64,000 bases of DNA, from positions 22,072,001 through 22,136,000 of the forward strand of contig OX597825.1 in NCBI GenBank assembly GCA_951406725.2, in the 5' to 3' direction. How positions within the stretch are numbered: the stretch's first letter is position 1; each line of letters begins with the position of its first letter. The position numbers were made by a program, and so were the translations under genes. The notes under the pieces were generated by a model that saw nothing but the letters and a program-made list of their open reading frames with translations, was not told the origin of the DNA and made no database searches. The stretch is from Octopus vulgaris (taxonomy: Eukaryota). This document shows, one piece after another, positions 13,459 to 27,914 of this stretch.

Positions 13459-13861
13459 AACGTTATATTTATGCTTCGAGTATTAGATCGAGTTCTCTCT
13501 AAATAATATAAATTCTTGACCTCAACAATGTCTATATCGGTAAAATAAGCATCACAGAGAATTAGTCACATACAAGAACTCGGAGATTTTTCAAGCTCTT
13601 CTAAATACATTGTAAAAATAAAAAAAATCTTTCTTATAGTCAGTAGATATCTCAGATTCAGTAGCGTTGGTCCTTAGCCTGTACGCCTCACCTGAGTTGG
13701 GCAGCGAGTACTAAAAGTATCTTCCTATAAGAAAGGACCCTACTTGCCTCTTCTTGTCAACCATATTGGAATTGATCTAATTTCAGGTAGATCAAGTGGC
13801 ATGTTTGATATATTCATATACACACATATATATACTCATACATATCCATATACACATATAA

Positions 13862-13908
<47 letters not shown>

Positions 13909-13988
13909 TATATATATATTTCTAAAGGATTATATATACTCATACATATGCATATATACGTATAAATACATATATATACGTATATATG

Positions 13989-14034
<46 letters not shown>

Positions 14035-14072
14035 TATATACGTATATATGTATATATATATATATATATATA

Positions 14073-14122
<50 letters not shown>

Positions 14123-15877
14123 ACGTATATATGTATATATACATACGTATATATAAGTATATATGTATATATACATAAGTATATATGTATATGTGTGTAT
14201 GTATATATGCATAAGCAGTTGTGACGATCGGCTCTAATATACTTGGGACACATTTGACCTGTTAAATTTTCATTTTAATTGCGATTAACGTTGGGACAAA
14301 AAAAATCTTCATTTAATTAAAAGATATAGAATACCAAATTTAATTTGGAGTATTAGATGCATGTTCATCTGTCTCTAGTACCATGAGTATTAGATATTAA
14401 ACAGGAAAACTGCACAGTGACTCGAAGTTTTTATAAGAAATCTATAGTAACGAAAGAGTAGAAACCAGTGCGGCTGCCTGTCCGATATGAATGCTTGAGA
14501 AAATATAATGTTCAAATAAGAACATTATACATCAATACATGCATACACACACACATTTATCTGCTGAACACTTTTACTAGACTGTTATTCTGCACGCGCT
14601 CCATTAAGATACTGATGTTTACTGATTTGCGAAACTGTCTCAATAATCTATAGATCATATCCGGCTATTGACCGACTGTTTCGTAAATATCACTCGGCCG
14701 CTTTCCTTTGGCCTGCATGGGAATTCAGCTTTCTGTGTCTGGATTTTCATTGCATGCCGTGTTTTATGTGATGTGCATTGCATGCCATGTTTTATATGAT
14801 TTAAATCAATGAATCAAGGACAACTGATATTTGAAAGTTAAGAATGAAAGGATAGGAGGTACTGCTCTCTCTTAATGTACAGAGGTGTGTGAGAGCGTGG
14901 GGTACATTATCCCACTCTTTGGTCCATATCTCATTATGCATCTGTACGTTTCATAGTAACAGCTAGGATAGAACCGTTGCCATTGATACTTTGGATAATC
15001 CTCGATCCGAACTGTTTTCATATTTGTCCCATGTAGCTCTCCTTTCTAGTCAGCGTCGTCATTTCCATATTGTACACATTACCATGTAAGGCACAGCAGT
15101 ATTTGTGTCATATCCTAAGCATTATTCACAACGCTTTGCACCCTCCTGGCCAATAAAGACATTCCAAATGTTACTCTCCTCCTTATAATTATTATTGTTA
15201 TTGTAAAGCCGTCGTATTAGTAATTGTAGTATTAGTAATAAGCAGATGTATTTGTAGATTTTTTTTCTATTAAAATTCTGTCTTTAAGAGCTTTAGGCGC
15301 AGGAAAAAATACGACTTTTCTAAATTGCTGTATGGCATGCAAAGAAAATATAATAAAAACTATTAAAGCAAAACAGGTATTAAAAGAATCTGCTTCCAAT
15401 TTATTTCGAAATTTTCAATATTTGCTTTTTTTATAACTCTATCGATGACTACACATTTTATATTATGTATTTTGTAGTGCGGTACAGAAATGGACAGGTG
15501 CAACAGTGAGATAATGATTAAAAGAAAACGATTTTGTGGAGTAAAGTCTAATTACCCTACGATTCTTCCTTTGTAAAATACATCGATTTCTATGTGTTAT
15601 GGATGTTTCTTTAAACTGAAGTATTAACAAGATCTCACAAAAAACAGTCTTTTCTTTGCGCTCATTCATTGTTCTGTATAATACTACCATACGTTTTGAT
15701 GTCTTGTTAATTGCGTCCTCTTACTTGAACGTTATTTTTCACTTTCAAAACGTCTTAAAACCTTATTAGTATGTTGGAAAATAATCGCCGATGTTGGAAA
15801 TGGAAGGCTTAATTCATAGGAAGCAACTAAAATGGATGTTCTTCTGTCCAAATATCCAATATATTTCATCGAACGTA

Positions 15878-16080
15878 ATTGTTAGCATTTAGTAATCTGC
15901 TCAACGTTAAACTTGTGTGTTGCTCAAATATAAATATGAAATGAATGCAGTATATAATTTCTTCCTGTATAACCAAAAGGAAGTTTCTGTCAGCGCTGAA
16001 TTTGATAATGCAAGTTTTGTAAATATATTTAATATAAAAAAAAACTTAGACTGCAGGATTGCACTATTTTAAAACCATTC
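15878..16080 (+). repeat. Donor copy of a ~205-bp local direct duplication
   Basis: Near-identical to 18646-18852. Confidence 0.93.
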
Positions 16081-16119
16081 TGTATATTTTGTAACTATAG
16101 AAAATTAAAAATGTGTGTA

Positions 16120-16171
<52 letters not shown>

Positions 16172-16252
16172 TTAATCCAAACAAGAAAACAAAAAGACAA
16201 CAACGCGAGGATGTGGAACAAATAAAGTATTATTGGACGCTCAGGAAAGAAG

Positions 16253-16340
<88 letters not shown>

Positions 16341-16794
16341 AGAATATATTTACCTCATAGAGGGATTCTAGGGAATAATGGTTCAATACCTAGTAACAAT
16401 AAATTGGTAACCTTTACTTCTTACAGCCGTTTCCATTATTACTCAATACTAAAATTACAAATTTGTAAATTAAATTTGCTTTAGTCAGCTATGAGACAAT
16501 TTCGTTAGAGAAAAGGGTATAGAATATGATGTTACATGCCGACCTTTCAGTTCATATCAGCAGGCTAAATGTGGGGAATTTTTATTTTGATATTATAATG
16601 TGCGGGTGAAGGGTTAACGGATTGATTACAATATAGAGATGAATAAAGTAAAATAAAGAAAAACTAGAAAATTAACTAAAGTAAAAATAGAAATAAATGA
16701 AGAAAATTAAAATAAATGAGATAAATATACAGTGATTAAAAAGAATAAAAATATTCATTCAAAAGATATAAATAAAGATTATAAATACACACAC

Positions 16795-16843
<49 letters not shown>

Positions 16844-16984
16844 CACACGCACAGATTTATATATATATATATATATGTATATACATATATATATATATAT
16901 ATTTATTTCACACCCATCAAACCTATAAATAAAATTAATCTAGATTCAGTTTGTTCATCCACTGCCCATTGCTTGAGGTATACA

Positions 16985-17025
<41 letters not shown>

Positions 17026-17026
17026 C

Positions 17027-17083
<57 letters not shown>

Positions 17084-17470
17084 TGCTGTGTGTGTATACA
17101 CTTAGCGGCTTTATGAAAATATTTGAATGTGTGGGTTTTTGTTATCATAGCTCCAAGATCAACCATTCGACGTTTATACGAGCGTAATAATATAATTACA
17201 CTCATACGCATATATGTGTATATACACATACGTATAACACACACACATACATACATGTGTATATACGTACATACATATACCTACACCAGCATACATGTAC
17301 ATACACATACATACACTTCGATGTATATACGCATCTACTTGTACGCACACACATAACATATGTATACATATATACACAAACACATACATTATACACATCC
17401 ATGCACGCATAGTACATATATATAAGAATGAGTAAATATTCAAAATGAATACGGGTAAAGATATTATTTT

Positions 17471-17796
17471 TCAGTAGTTTTATTTTTATAGCGTGCTTTC
17501 ACTTCACTACCGAGCGCAGCTCTGTGTGCCTTGGGTATGTGCTGTGATTTGTTGTGATGCTCTGATGGTTATTGTATGGAAAGTGTTCTGCGTAGGATGT
17601 GTGCAGTGCCTAGTAGTGCAATTTTCTGTATGTTATATGTGTTTGTAAGTCCTGGTGTTTTTGTTATGTATTTGTCTGAATATTTTTTTATCATGCCTAA
17701 TGCACCTACTATGATAGGAATTGTTTCTGTTTTCAGATTCCACATTCTAGGTACCTTTATTTCCAGGTCTTTGTATTTTGAGAGTTTCTCCATTTC

Positions 17797-17800
<4 letters not shown>
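17471..17800 (-). mobile_element. Dong/R4-type non-LTR retrotransposon 3' fragment (lineage 1)
   Basis: KLSKYKDLEIKVPRMWNLKTETIPIIVGALG...NIQKIALLGTAHILRRTLSIQ* is the RLE C-terminus, homologous to 45441-45654. The 3'UTR differs. Abuts (ATT)n. Confidence 0.92.
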
Positions 17801-17856
<56 letters not shown>

Positions 17857-17879
17857 CATCATTATTATCATTATTATTA

Positions 17880-17932
<53 letters not shown>
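17801..17932. repeat. (ATT)n microsatellite (TAA target tract)
   Basis: Directly visible. Confidence 0.97.
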
Positions 17933-18487
17933 GAGTGAGAGAGCAGGGCATGCCATCAAAGTGACACTGGGGTAATATATACGAAGCCTAGTATACCCAT
18001 CATGACTACCCGTCTGTTAAGGGTACACTAGGTACATGCACCCCAACCATATGTGCGCGATATAGTGCTCTCATATTTAGATAAACAGCACATGACCTTG
18101 CAGGTGCGGCCCAGTTAGAATTTTCTTCTGATCTAGTAACCCATCCCGCTCAAAAAGTCCCTGAATAAGGGTTGTTTAAGGATGTTGAACGAAACACCCA
18201 TGTTTCCAGAGGTGAATTATTCAAACCCCAAAGAATCCCTCTCAAGACATGGTTATGATGCTCTCCCAGTATTTCTGCTCGTGATCAGAGATGCACATAT
18301 CGTCAGCCACCAAGGGACATGCTCAACTGGTAAGGTCAAACACATGACAAACAAATCTGTGGTAATGAGCAGAATATTTGCTGTCGCCCATATTTTATAC
18401 CAAGACAAACAATGTACATGATAACACTTCTAATCAGTTAAAGTCAGAAGCCACAAGAGCCACTGCCTGGTACTGCATCAGGACATT
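17933..18487 (-). mobile_element. ~555-bp non-coding unit-length element in (TAA)n, copy 1
   Basis: Same two ends as copy 2 (gagtgag...ctggtactgcatcagg.catt), with ATT repeats on both sides. Strand inferred from the TAA polarity of the neighbouring Dong inserts. Confidence 0.85.
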
Positions 18488-18503
18488 TATTATTATTATT
18501 ATT

Positions 18504-18633
18504 CTGTTTGACTTTTGCTTTATATTTGTATAAGTTGGCTCCAAGTCTCACCCAGAGACCTCAAGAGACAACAGGTTGGAAGTTCATGTTGTTGTTATGC
18601 CTAGTGCGCCATATATTTTTTTTGGGGGGGGGG
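18504..18633 (-). mobile_element. Dong/R4 3'UTR fragment (lineage 2)
   Basis: Reverse complement of ~45743-45871 (catgaacttccaacc...gaggtctctgggtgagacttggagccaac...gcaaaagtcaaaca). Confidence 0.93.
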
Positions 18634-18645
18634 AGTTTTTTTAGC

Positions 18646-18850
18646 ATTGTTAGCATTTAGTAATCTGCTGAACGTTAAACTTGCTGTTCTGTGTTGATCA
18701 AATATAAATATTAAATGAATGAAGTATATAATTTCTTCCTGTATAACCAAAAGGAAGTTTCTGTCAGCGCTGAATTTGATAATGCAAGTTTTGTAATTAT
18801 ATTTAATATAAAAAAACTTAGACTGCAGGATTACACTATTTTAAAACCAT

Positions 18851-18852
<2 letters not shown>
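18646..18852 (+). repeat. Copy of 15878-16080 embedded between the Dong 3'UTR and (ATT)n
   Basis: Both copies run attgttagcatttagtaatctgc...cttcctgtataaccaaaaggaagtttctgtcagcgctgaatttgataatgcaag...ttttaaaaccattc. Confidence 0.93.
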
Positions 18853-19753
<901 letters not shown>

Positions 19754-20546
19754 CGGCAAATCTAAAAAATTGACAATAACAATAACAATAACAAGCGATA
19801 TTAGAATCAAACAGTTATACATTAAATTCTTACTTATAGTAAAGGGTACAGAAAGCACCAGTTTGCTGTAAAGTGGAAACAAATCCTATTCTATAACATA
19901 TAACAGAGAGAATATGCTAAATTCCACACGTTTGCTTGATTTCTGTTGGTCCGTTATATATCTTCCCTGAGAATGGTATATAAGTTGAGAGTTTTGCTTC
20001 CACTTCATAACAAATTGATGAAGAATTTATTGTATAGCTGTTTAATAGTAATATCACATGCTGCCACTAATGATATTGTTATTATCATTACCAATTATTT
20101 AGATTTGACGCTGATAATGATATTAATAATAACATCTTTACGATTTTTCATTTGAAATTTTCACTCGTTGTATATATTTTATATATATGTTGTGCACTGA
20201 TTCAGGTATATCAATAACCTTATTCTACGGATTTTAATTGAGATAATATATTGACTTCCACTCGTTTGGCCGATTTCCGTTGGTCTGTTACATAGTTTCG
20301 GTGAGATTGGGTGTTAAGTTGGGAGTTTTACTCCCACCATATAGCAAAATATATAATTTATTTACACACGTGTGTGTATATGTGACTGTGGGTGTTTGTG
20401 TGTGTATGCATGTGTGTATTGCGAGAAATAGAAGAAGAAGTTAACGGAGTTTATTAAATAAAAAAAATAATCAATAAGATATAACGATAGCAAAAGAATT
20501 TCGTCTAGATAGGTTTGAGGTTAAGGAATAAGTTATTAATGGTTAA

Positions 20547-20830
20547 AAGGTTGTGATAGTTCCTGCGAATAAAGAACCGAGTAATTTTGTGATTATTTGT
20601 GATAAATAAGACATTATGACGCTAGTACAAGAATTAGGAGTAAAGAACGAGTACAGTTCCCATGGAAATAACGTATGAATTGATTAATGAAAGAAGAACT
20701 GTCTTAAAAATGAAACATTTGAACGAAAGTAAAGTGGAAAATAGAAACAGTTGTATTAGTAGCGTAATACGGTTAATGAAACCACATAAACCAATAGATG
20801 ACATGTTAATACGGTCACCACTCTCAAACA
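20547..20830 (+). pseudogene. Penelope-like reverse transcriptase N-terminal relic
   Basis: KVVIVPANKEPSNFVIICDK*DIMTLVQELG resembles the PLE motif VPADKAxNNxxxxCKxxY...EL. Followed by TYELIN and RLMKPHKP (cf. PKLHK). Confidence 0.65.
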
Positions 20831-21075
20831 CCGTGTTAAATAGATTTCTAGAAGTGTTTGTTAAAAACAGGAATAAAGAAATAACTATTTTTGTACACTA
20901 CTCTTTGAACGATATAAGAACAAGTCCTCCTCAATATTCTAATGCCCTCCACTGGATTTCTAGGGTGGGTCTCAGGTGGAGCCTTGAAATTCTTAGAATC
21001 ATTTACGGAAGTTAAAGATAGAACATGTGTACAACTTTTGACAATATTTATGTATATTTATGTATATTTATGTAT

Positions 21076-21372
21076 AGGCACGTGGCTTAGTAGTTACGGT
21101 ATTGAACTCAGGTGTGTGAATTCCATTTTTAACGGCACCTCGTGTCCTTGAGCAAGAAACTTTAGCTCATTTTGCTCCAGTCTGCTCAGCTTACAAAAAT
21201 GCATTGTAACTGTAGTTCGAAGGGTTCGCTTGATCACATTGTGTCGCGATGAATCTTCCTGAGGATTGCGTTAAGGGTAGGATTGTTTATGAGTGCTCAG
21301 CCACTCATTCATTTCACGAGTATGCTATACTATTGGTCGTATGAATTGAAACAACCCACGTCGTAAATGACG
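21076..21372 (+). mobile_element. Old SINE (family D head) sharing its 3' module with the family C copy at 26933
   Basis: Head aggcacgtggcttagtagtt, core gtgtccttgagcaagaaacttt, tail cgttaagggta...gagtgctcagccact...atttcacgag...cgtcgtaa. Confidence 0.75.
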
Positions 21373-22281
21373 TTTTTTCAGTTATATCATAATCTAAATT
21401 TCAATCTAACGAGTTTGGATGAATCTAAGCTAATACCGTAAATATGATAATAAATATAAGTGTATATCAACTGAAATTGGTGTACCATCCGTATCTCATA
21501 TTAGATGTAATGCATATAGTAATATTGAAAAAAAGAAAACCGAATTCAAATAGAGTTTCTCTGAATAATGCATGTTTCATTTCTGCGCCAAATTTCTAAA
21601 TAGGATGAGTGTATTGAAATGGTTCGCATAGTAGTGTAATTGTAGTTGTCTATTAGGCAGTTTTTAGCCTTTTGTAGAGTGTAGCTTTGTTCAAGAATTA
21701 TGTGAAAGATATACGGTTTGGTTAGGCAACATCTGTACACACTCACGCATAAACACACACAAGCACACATATCTAAACATAATTAAAGGATAAAATCATA
21801 AAAGTCAATGAATTTAAACAGTGGCCAGCATATGAAAATAATCTTTTAGGTAAAATTCATATACAGAGACGCCAGAAGGGTCCAGCCACTATAAATTTCA
21901 CTTCAGTTTTTACAGGTTCAAAGCGAGAAAAGTGGACCGAGCCAAATTTCATAAAATCTGAAATTTTATGAATTTTTGATCGGTTCACTTTTCCCGCTAT
22001 CAACCTGCTATTACGGTCAACGGTCACTTTCACTATTACAGCCAACGAATCTAGTCAACGCACAAGACAACCATTATGCTCACCCACACACAAAACACCG
22101 CCACATGGGCTCTGTTGAGACTAGTGAGAAACAATTATGAACTTTTTTATTACACTTATCATTTAAAAATATTTTTGGTAAGGATCGTTTTTTCAAGAAG
22201 AACCGAAACATAAAATATCTAAGAAATTTCAAATTTATCTTATACAGTGGCGCTTTCAAACTTCTTTTTTATGAATATATC

Positions 22282-22331
<50 letters not shown>

Positions 22332-22340
22332 TACATACAT

Positions 22341-22385
<45 letters not shown>

Positions 22386-22395
22386 TACACACACA

Positions 22396-22466
<71 letters not shown>

Positions 22467-24827
22467 TTATATATGTATGGGGTGGGTGTAAGCTACTGTG
22501 AAACTTATATTCGGAGAGAAGAAAGCCTATAAACTGAAACTGCAGAAATTCTTGTCTTCCATTTAGCTATCACTTTTTCATTCTTATGTTCTCTCACTAA
22601 ACCAAATCCAATTTTGATCTTTGGCAATACTGCAATCATTTGTATACGGGAAAGAATCTTTATTTTCAATGCATTGTCTAGAAAGTAAATGACGACTTGA
22701 TACAATCGTCAACCTCAAAAACCAGTCAGTAATTGATTTTCAGTTAACAATTCGTTTTTGAGAGTTGGTCATCTTTTCCAAAGGTGAGTCACAATTTTAA
22801 AGTGTTTCATATCAGCGCAGAAATATCACGGGAATAGATTGCTGTAGTAATGAAATACAGCATAAATATGTTCTTAATCGCCCATAAGTCCTCCACAAAG
22901 TAAACACTTGTTCTAGTATGATAAGAGGAATGCTGTATATTGAATTTTACAGTCTCCCTAGATCTCACAAATCATTGAAATCTAATTGCCGTACATCTCA
23001 GCTTCTCTCAAGAACAAAGCTAAACGTTTAGTGATGAAATGGTTCATAAGATTAAAAGATATATAATTCCTCGAAAGCAAGTATGACTTGGTAGTGCCCT
23101 GATTAGTTACCCTGATATAACCTTATTTAGTTACCCACTTGGAAGCAGAATATATAGCGAAAGGTATCTGCATCAGCATGCAAATATTATTAATTTCATT
23201 AAATTATGTATTAATGTTACCGTGAAATAAAGTAACGCGCCTCACGGTGAAGAAATCGAACCCACCATTTTATGATCTTTTGTCCCATCTTCTGCACATT
23301 AGGCCGTGCTTATTCACACAGCAATAATTAGATATTGCACTAGTTTACACACGCAAGAATAATAACACCTCTGAAGGAAAGGTACAGTTTATTTTGTCAA
23401 TCACAATACATACATTTGTTAATCACCGGCTGGTGTCTGAAATGGAAAGCAATTTTAAGCCAAAGATTTTACAAAACAAGTTTACAATGGCAAAATAGCA
23501 CACTTTAACTTTGCTGTCTTCCCAAAACTAATATTTATTTAGTTATCTGAACGATCTCTGTGTCACTGTCCTTAACACCATTGGTATATTTAAAAAAAAA
23601 GAAGCGTCGTTTATACGAGAAAAGTATATGTCGTGAAAATCATGTATGTTCCATTATCTTAGCAGCAATAAATAAATATTTTTCGAAAGCGGTGTTGGAC
23701 AAGGATGATCGGTAGCTGTCCTCTTTGAATATAGCAATTACCGAACAGTTTTTATTGATTTCTTAATAGTATAGCAGAGAGCGAAATTAGAAAGTCATAT
23801 GGTTCAAAGGTTTTCAAAAGCATTGATACTTTCAACAAAGTGAAGTGACTACAAATAGAAGACGGGAAACAAGTAAATGAAACGATAATGGATTATCGTC
23901 TTGGCTTAAAATTTACCTTTTGCTTTAGCATATATTCGTTCTAATTTGCTGTCCTTACGTCTCTCTTATGGAATACAGAAACATCCACTCACACACGCAC
24001 CACACAAAACTGTTGTCATATTATTTCACTTTTGACTTGACAAGAAAATATTTTCTCTCGATCAACAGCAGCAGTTGACTAGCAATTATTTCGTGGTGCC
24101 CCCAAATTTTTATATCAGTATATACTTGAGAACGACTGGACGTACGAAATAAAATATTACGAAAGCCCATCATTTCTAAAACGTTATGATTTGTACCATC
24201 AGAGAATATACAAACGAAAATAATAGTGATATATCTACATTACCGCGGTCATTGGTTATATACCAAGTAATAAGCTTAGTCCAACGAAAAATAAATAATT
24301 GATTATACTATTTCTTTAAATACACTTCACCAAAAATCAATCACAGAAACTCGACTCTAATGCGTAAAGAAAACACGTTGCGTCGAACAAAATGTATAAC
24401 AGAAAAGAAAGGGATATTTTAAATGCCTTTGGTCATTACTAGTTTATAGTCACGTTTAGATTACTGACTATTGCTGTCTCTTTTAAGTGCAAATAGTTTG
24501 GGCGCTAGCGTGCTATTATATTCTTTTGCCAAAACATTAATAACAACTTAAAATAAATCCTTAAACTCTAAACTAAAGAGCACAATGGTGTACGTATATT
24601 TCGGCTTTGTTTCTATCAATAACGTGCATAGAATTGGTCGGCAGACAATGTTTGCTGATATTATCTATCAGACGGAAACATAATTGACTTCGTTTAGAGA
24701 GAACTTTTCATAGAAATTCCAATATTCTTGCCTCAAGTAGAGCGTAGAAAAATATTTGCATCTTATCTGAGATAAGAGGCTTAAAATATATACCTATAAA
24801 TAAAGTATATATATACTTATAAATAAA

Positions 24828-24885
<58 letters not shown>

Positions 24886-25440
24886 GTTTATATATATGCA
24901 TATATATATCGCAACATTAGCGTTTTAAGGTGTATCAAATTATGATGTGTGTATATATATATATATATATACATGCATATATGTTTGCGTGTGTTATGTT
25001 CCTTTCTTCTAAAAATTGAATTTACTTTTTTTCTCCTATATTTGTTATTTTAAAAAGCCGACAGTGGATTCTGAAGTTCGCTCCAGGCTGGGCTGTTCAG
25101 AATTTCGAACCACTCACCCTGGGGCGGAATTCCTGATATAATAAGCACCCATACACACATACACACACACACACTAATTCCCCCTCTACCGCCCTTATAC
25201 ACATATGTAAAAGGTATTACGTACAACAATACACGCACACACATACTTACGGGTGGTTATCTGTGGTTGGATGAATATTTTATAGCTAAGTTAAAAATAT
25301 TGGTTTTTTGTGCAAAGCAATTTGGTAAATGACTGAATCAGAGTGAAAAGAATCAATTTAAGAACGATAACACATAGACCGATATATAAATACACATAAT
25401 GCGAGGGGACATTAAAATCGAATCGAGCTACCAATTGAAG

Positions 25441-25901
25441 TTATATATACATATAAAGCTGAAGTTTTCTCTGTGTGTGTATGTGTGTGTATGTGACAGG
25501 TTTGGTAGCCTTCAACTAACACTATCTCCTCCGAGACCCTGCGTCGCACGTTGACCAAAATTCAGGGTATGATAGAAGAAGGCTTGCTCTTCATTCTGTA
25601 GAAGAGAAAATTCAAATCGGACCTTGTTAATTTCCAAAAATTATTTACATCGAAAATGTGCTTTTTTTCTATGAAAATCCCTATTTTTGTACGATTTTTT
25701 TATTGCAGTGTCGCCATTTTCCGGTGTATTTCAACCAGAGAAATGTTCACTTAAAGAGAATAACAAACTACATAATGCAAAAGTGTTATTTGTCAAAAAA
25801 AATTGAAACTATTTCAAAACTATGTTACCACAACATCAAAGTCTGCTGTTTTAAGCGCAACTGAAAAAAATATTCCGAGCAATGCCGGGCTATACTGCTA
25901 G
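25441..25901 (+). mobile_element. Non-autonomous Helitron-like element
   Basis: 5' tatatatacatataaagctg start; 3' GC-rich hairpin ccgagcaatgccggg followed 8 nt later by CTAG and then T; no TSD. Confidence 0.75.
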
Positions 25902-26189
25902 TATATTATATATCTAGATATAATGTGTTTCTCGAAATCATGTGTACATAAAAGTCTCGCACTACGTGATTCATTCGTTGGCGGGATGCAAAGTTGTTTT
26001 GTAAATATGCGTTGCTGTAAATTACTCTCTAGTACGTACATGAGCTGCAAATATTAGACATTAAAAAGGAATTTATGTTTTAAATGTAATAAGCTTATAT
26101 AGTAATTGCTTAGACAAATATCGTCCCCTTAAATATACACTGAATAAAGTCTTAAATGAGGCTAATCATAATTCTTCTCGACATCATTT

Positions 26190-26435
26190 TGTCGACATCA
26201 GAGATGTGCGAGTTGTAAAATTTCAAAAAGCGTCTGGACAAATTTTGTGTCTGAATTGCTTAATGAACCTACATCGCAGCAAGAGACACAAAGCAGAGCA
26301 GCTCTGTCCAATTCGCTTCTTCATCAAAAAGGCAGTACAGAAATTAGACCCACAAAAATCTGAGAGGTTGTGCTCCGTGCTTTGGCGTGTCTCCAGCCTC
26401 TGACTGAAACCAGTGAAGGAATAAAATAAAATAAT
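26190..26435 (+). mobile_element. Old CR1-type LINE 3' end relic
   Basis: NFKKRLDKF...NEPTSQQETQSRAALSNSLLHQ aligns with KSKLDIF...DEPTSRQEVQMRVAVSNSILYQ of the 33.5-kb CR1, and ends in tgactgaaac. Confidence 0.75.
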
Positions 26436-26682
26436 AAATATCGCTTCTTAAACACGTTCCTTATTTAAAGGGTACACTGATACATTTCACCAGAGTCAGA
26501 TACGTTATATAATTCTGCTACGTATTTCTACCCACCAGCTTGAGCGAGGCCTTCTAATTGTTAGAATTTACCTGTAGCTTATTCTGTTCTAATAATTTAT
26601 CTTCTTCTGATGGACCATATAGCCATATATACTTATGCTCTTTAGGCCTTCTTTTTATGTTTATTTACTTGATTATAAATTT

Positions 26683-27355
26683 GGGTTTCGGTGGAAAGAA
26701 ATTTGCTTCACGGTAACAAGGCTCCCGTTTCACTTCGACTGAGTGGCACCTTGGGCAATATCTTCAAGTATAGCACTGGGCCGAGCAAAAGAATCCTGAC
26801 TATTGCTGTTGAGAGGACCCTATTGAATAAATGCCCTACTTAACATTAATAAATAGATATGAAAATACTAAGCGCTGGGGTTAATTCGTTCGACTGAAAC
26901 CCTTCAGTGCAGTGTCCCAGTATTTCAGCAGTGGAGTGGAAGCACTCCGTCGGTTACGACGACGAAGGTTCCGGTTGATCCGATCAACGGAACAGCCTGC
27001 TCGTGAAATTAACGTGTAAGTGGCTGAGCACTCCACAGACACGTGTACCCTTAACGTAGTTCTCAGGTATATTCAGCGTGACACAGAGAGTGACAAGGCC
27101 GGCCCTTTGAAATACAGGTACAACAGAAACAGGAAGTGAGAGTGAGAGAAAGTTGTGGTGAAAGAGTACAGCAGGGATCACCACCATCCCTGCCGGAGCA
27201 TCGTGGAGCTTTAGGTGTTTTCGCTCAATAAACACTCACAACGCCCGGTCTGGGAATCGAAACCGCGATCCTACGACCGCGAGTCCGCTGCCCTAACCAC
27301 TGGGCCATTGCGCCTCCACATTTCAGCAGTACAGGGACTAAAACAAAAGAAAAGA
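26683..27355 (+). mobile_element. Degraded SINE family A interrupted by a family C SINE
   Basis: gtggcaccttgggcaa core, then ctggggttaattcgttcgact. The tail is split at the TSD and resumes with gactaaaacaaaag. Confidence 0.7.
26933..27319 (-). mobile_element. SINE family C, full length, 11-bp TSD
   Basis: tRNA-like head at the 27319 end; TSD atttcagcagt at 26922-26932 and 27320-27330. Confidence 0.95.
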
Positions 27356-27632
27356 CGAACAGTAAATATAATTTTCCTGCCACAATTTTAATCCATCACC
27401 GTAACTAGATCGCCTTTTTCTTAATATTCTACTCAGACCATCACACATTTGTATTCTTGAATGATCTCCAAAATCATTGCAGCTAGAAATTTAGACAGAC
27501 GCACACGTAGGAGGAGAATCACCAGCATTTACTATTTATTCTTACTAATTCTCTTTATTATCTTTAACACTCTTTGACCTTTAATCGTGTAACATGTCTT
27601 CTTAGCTTCTTACATTCTTCAGGTATTGACAT

Positions 27633-27815
27633 ATGGTGCAGAAATGGCCGTGTTGTAAGAAGCTTCCTTACCAAACACATCGTTTTTCTGGTTGAAACAC
27701 ACTGTAGTGGCACCTCGAGTAGGTTTCATCCACCATAGCCTCCAGTTGCCCAAAGCCTTGTGAGTGGATTTGGTACACGAAAACTGAAAGACGCCTGTGG
27801 AAAATATATATATAT
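27633..27815 (+). mobile_element. SINE family A 5' half (diverged)
   Basis: aaagccttgtgagtggatttggtacacgaaaactgaaaga core, running into (TA)/(CA) repeats. Confidence 0.8.
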
Positions 27816-27860
27816 ACATATATACGCATATGAATTCACGCCTACACATACACACGCTCA

Positions 27861-27914
<54 letters not shown>

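Noticed and set aside
22880-23010. Possible mariner catalytic-domain relic (MIRGMLYIEF)
   Set aside because: Only one weak motif; not supportable without an HMM search.
27245-27319. Possible tRNA gene (also at 8818, 38128, 49297)
   Set aside because: tRNA-derived SINE heads: they continue into a shared SINE body, lack a proper acceptor stem, and one has a TSD.
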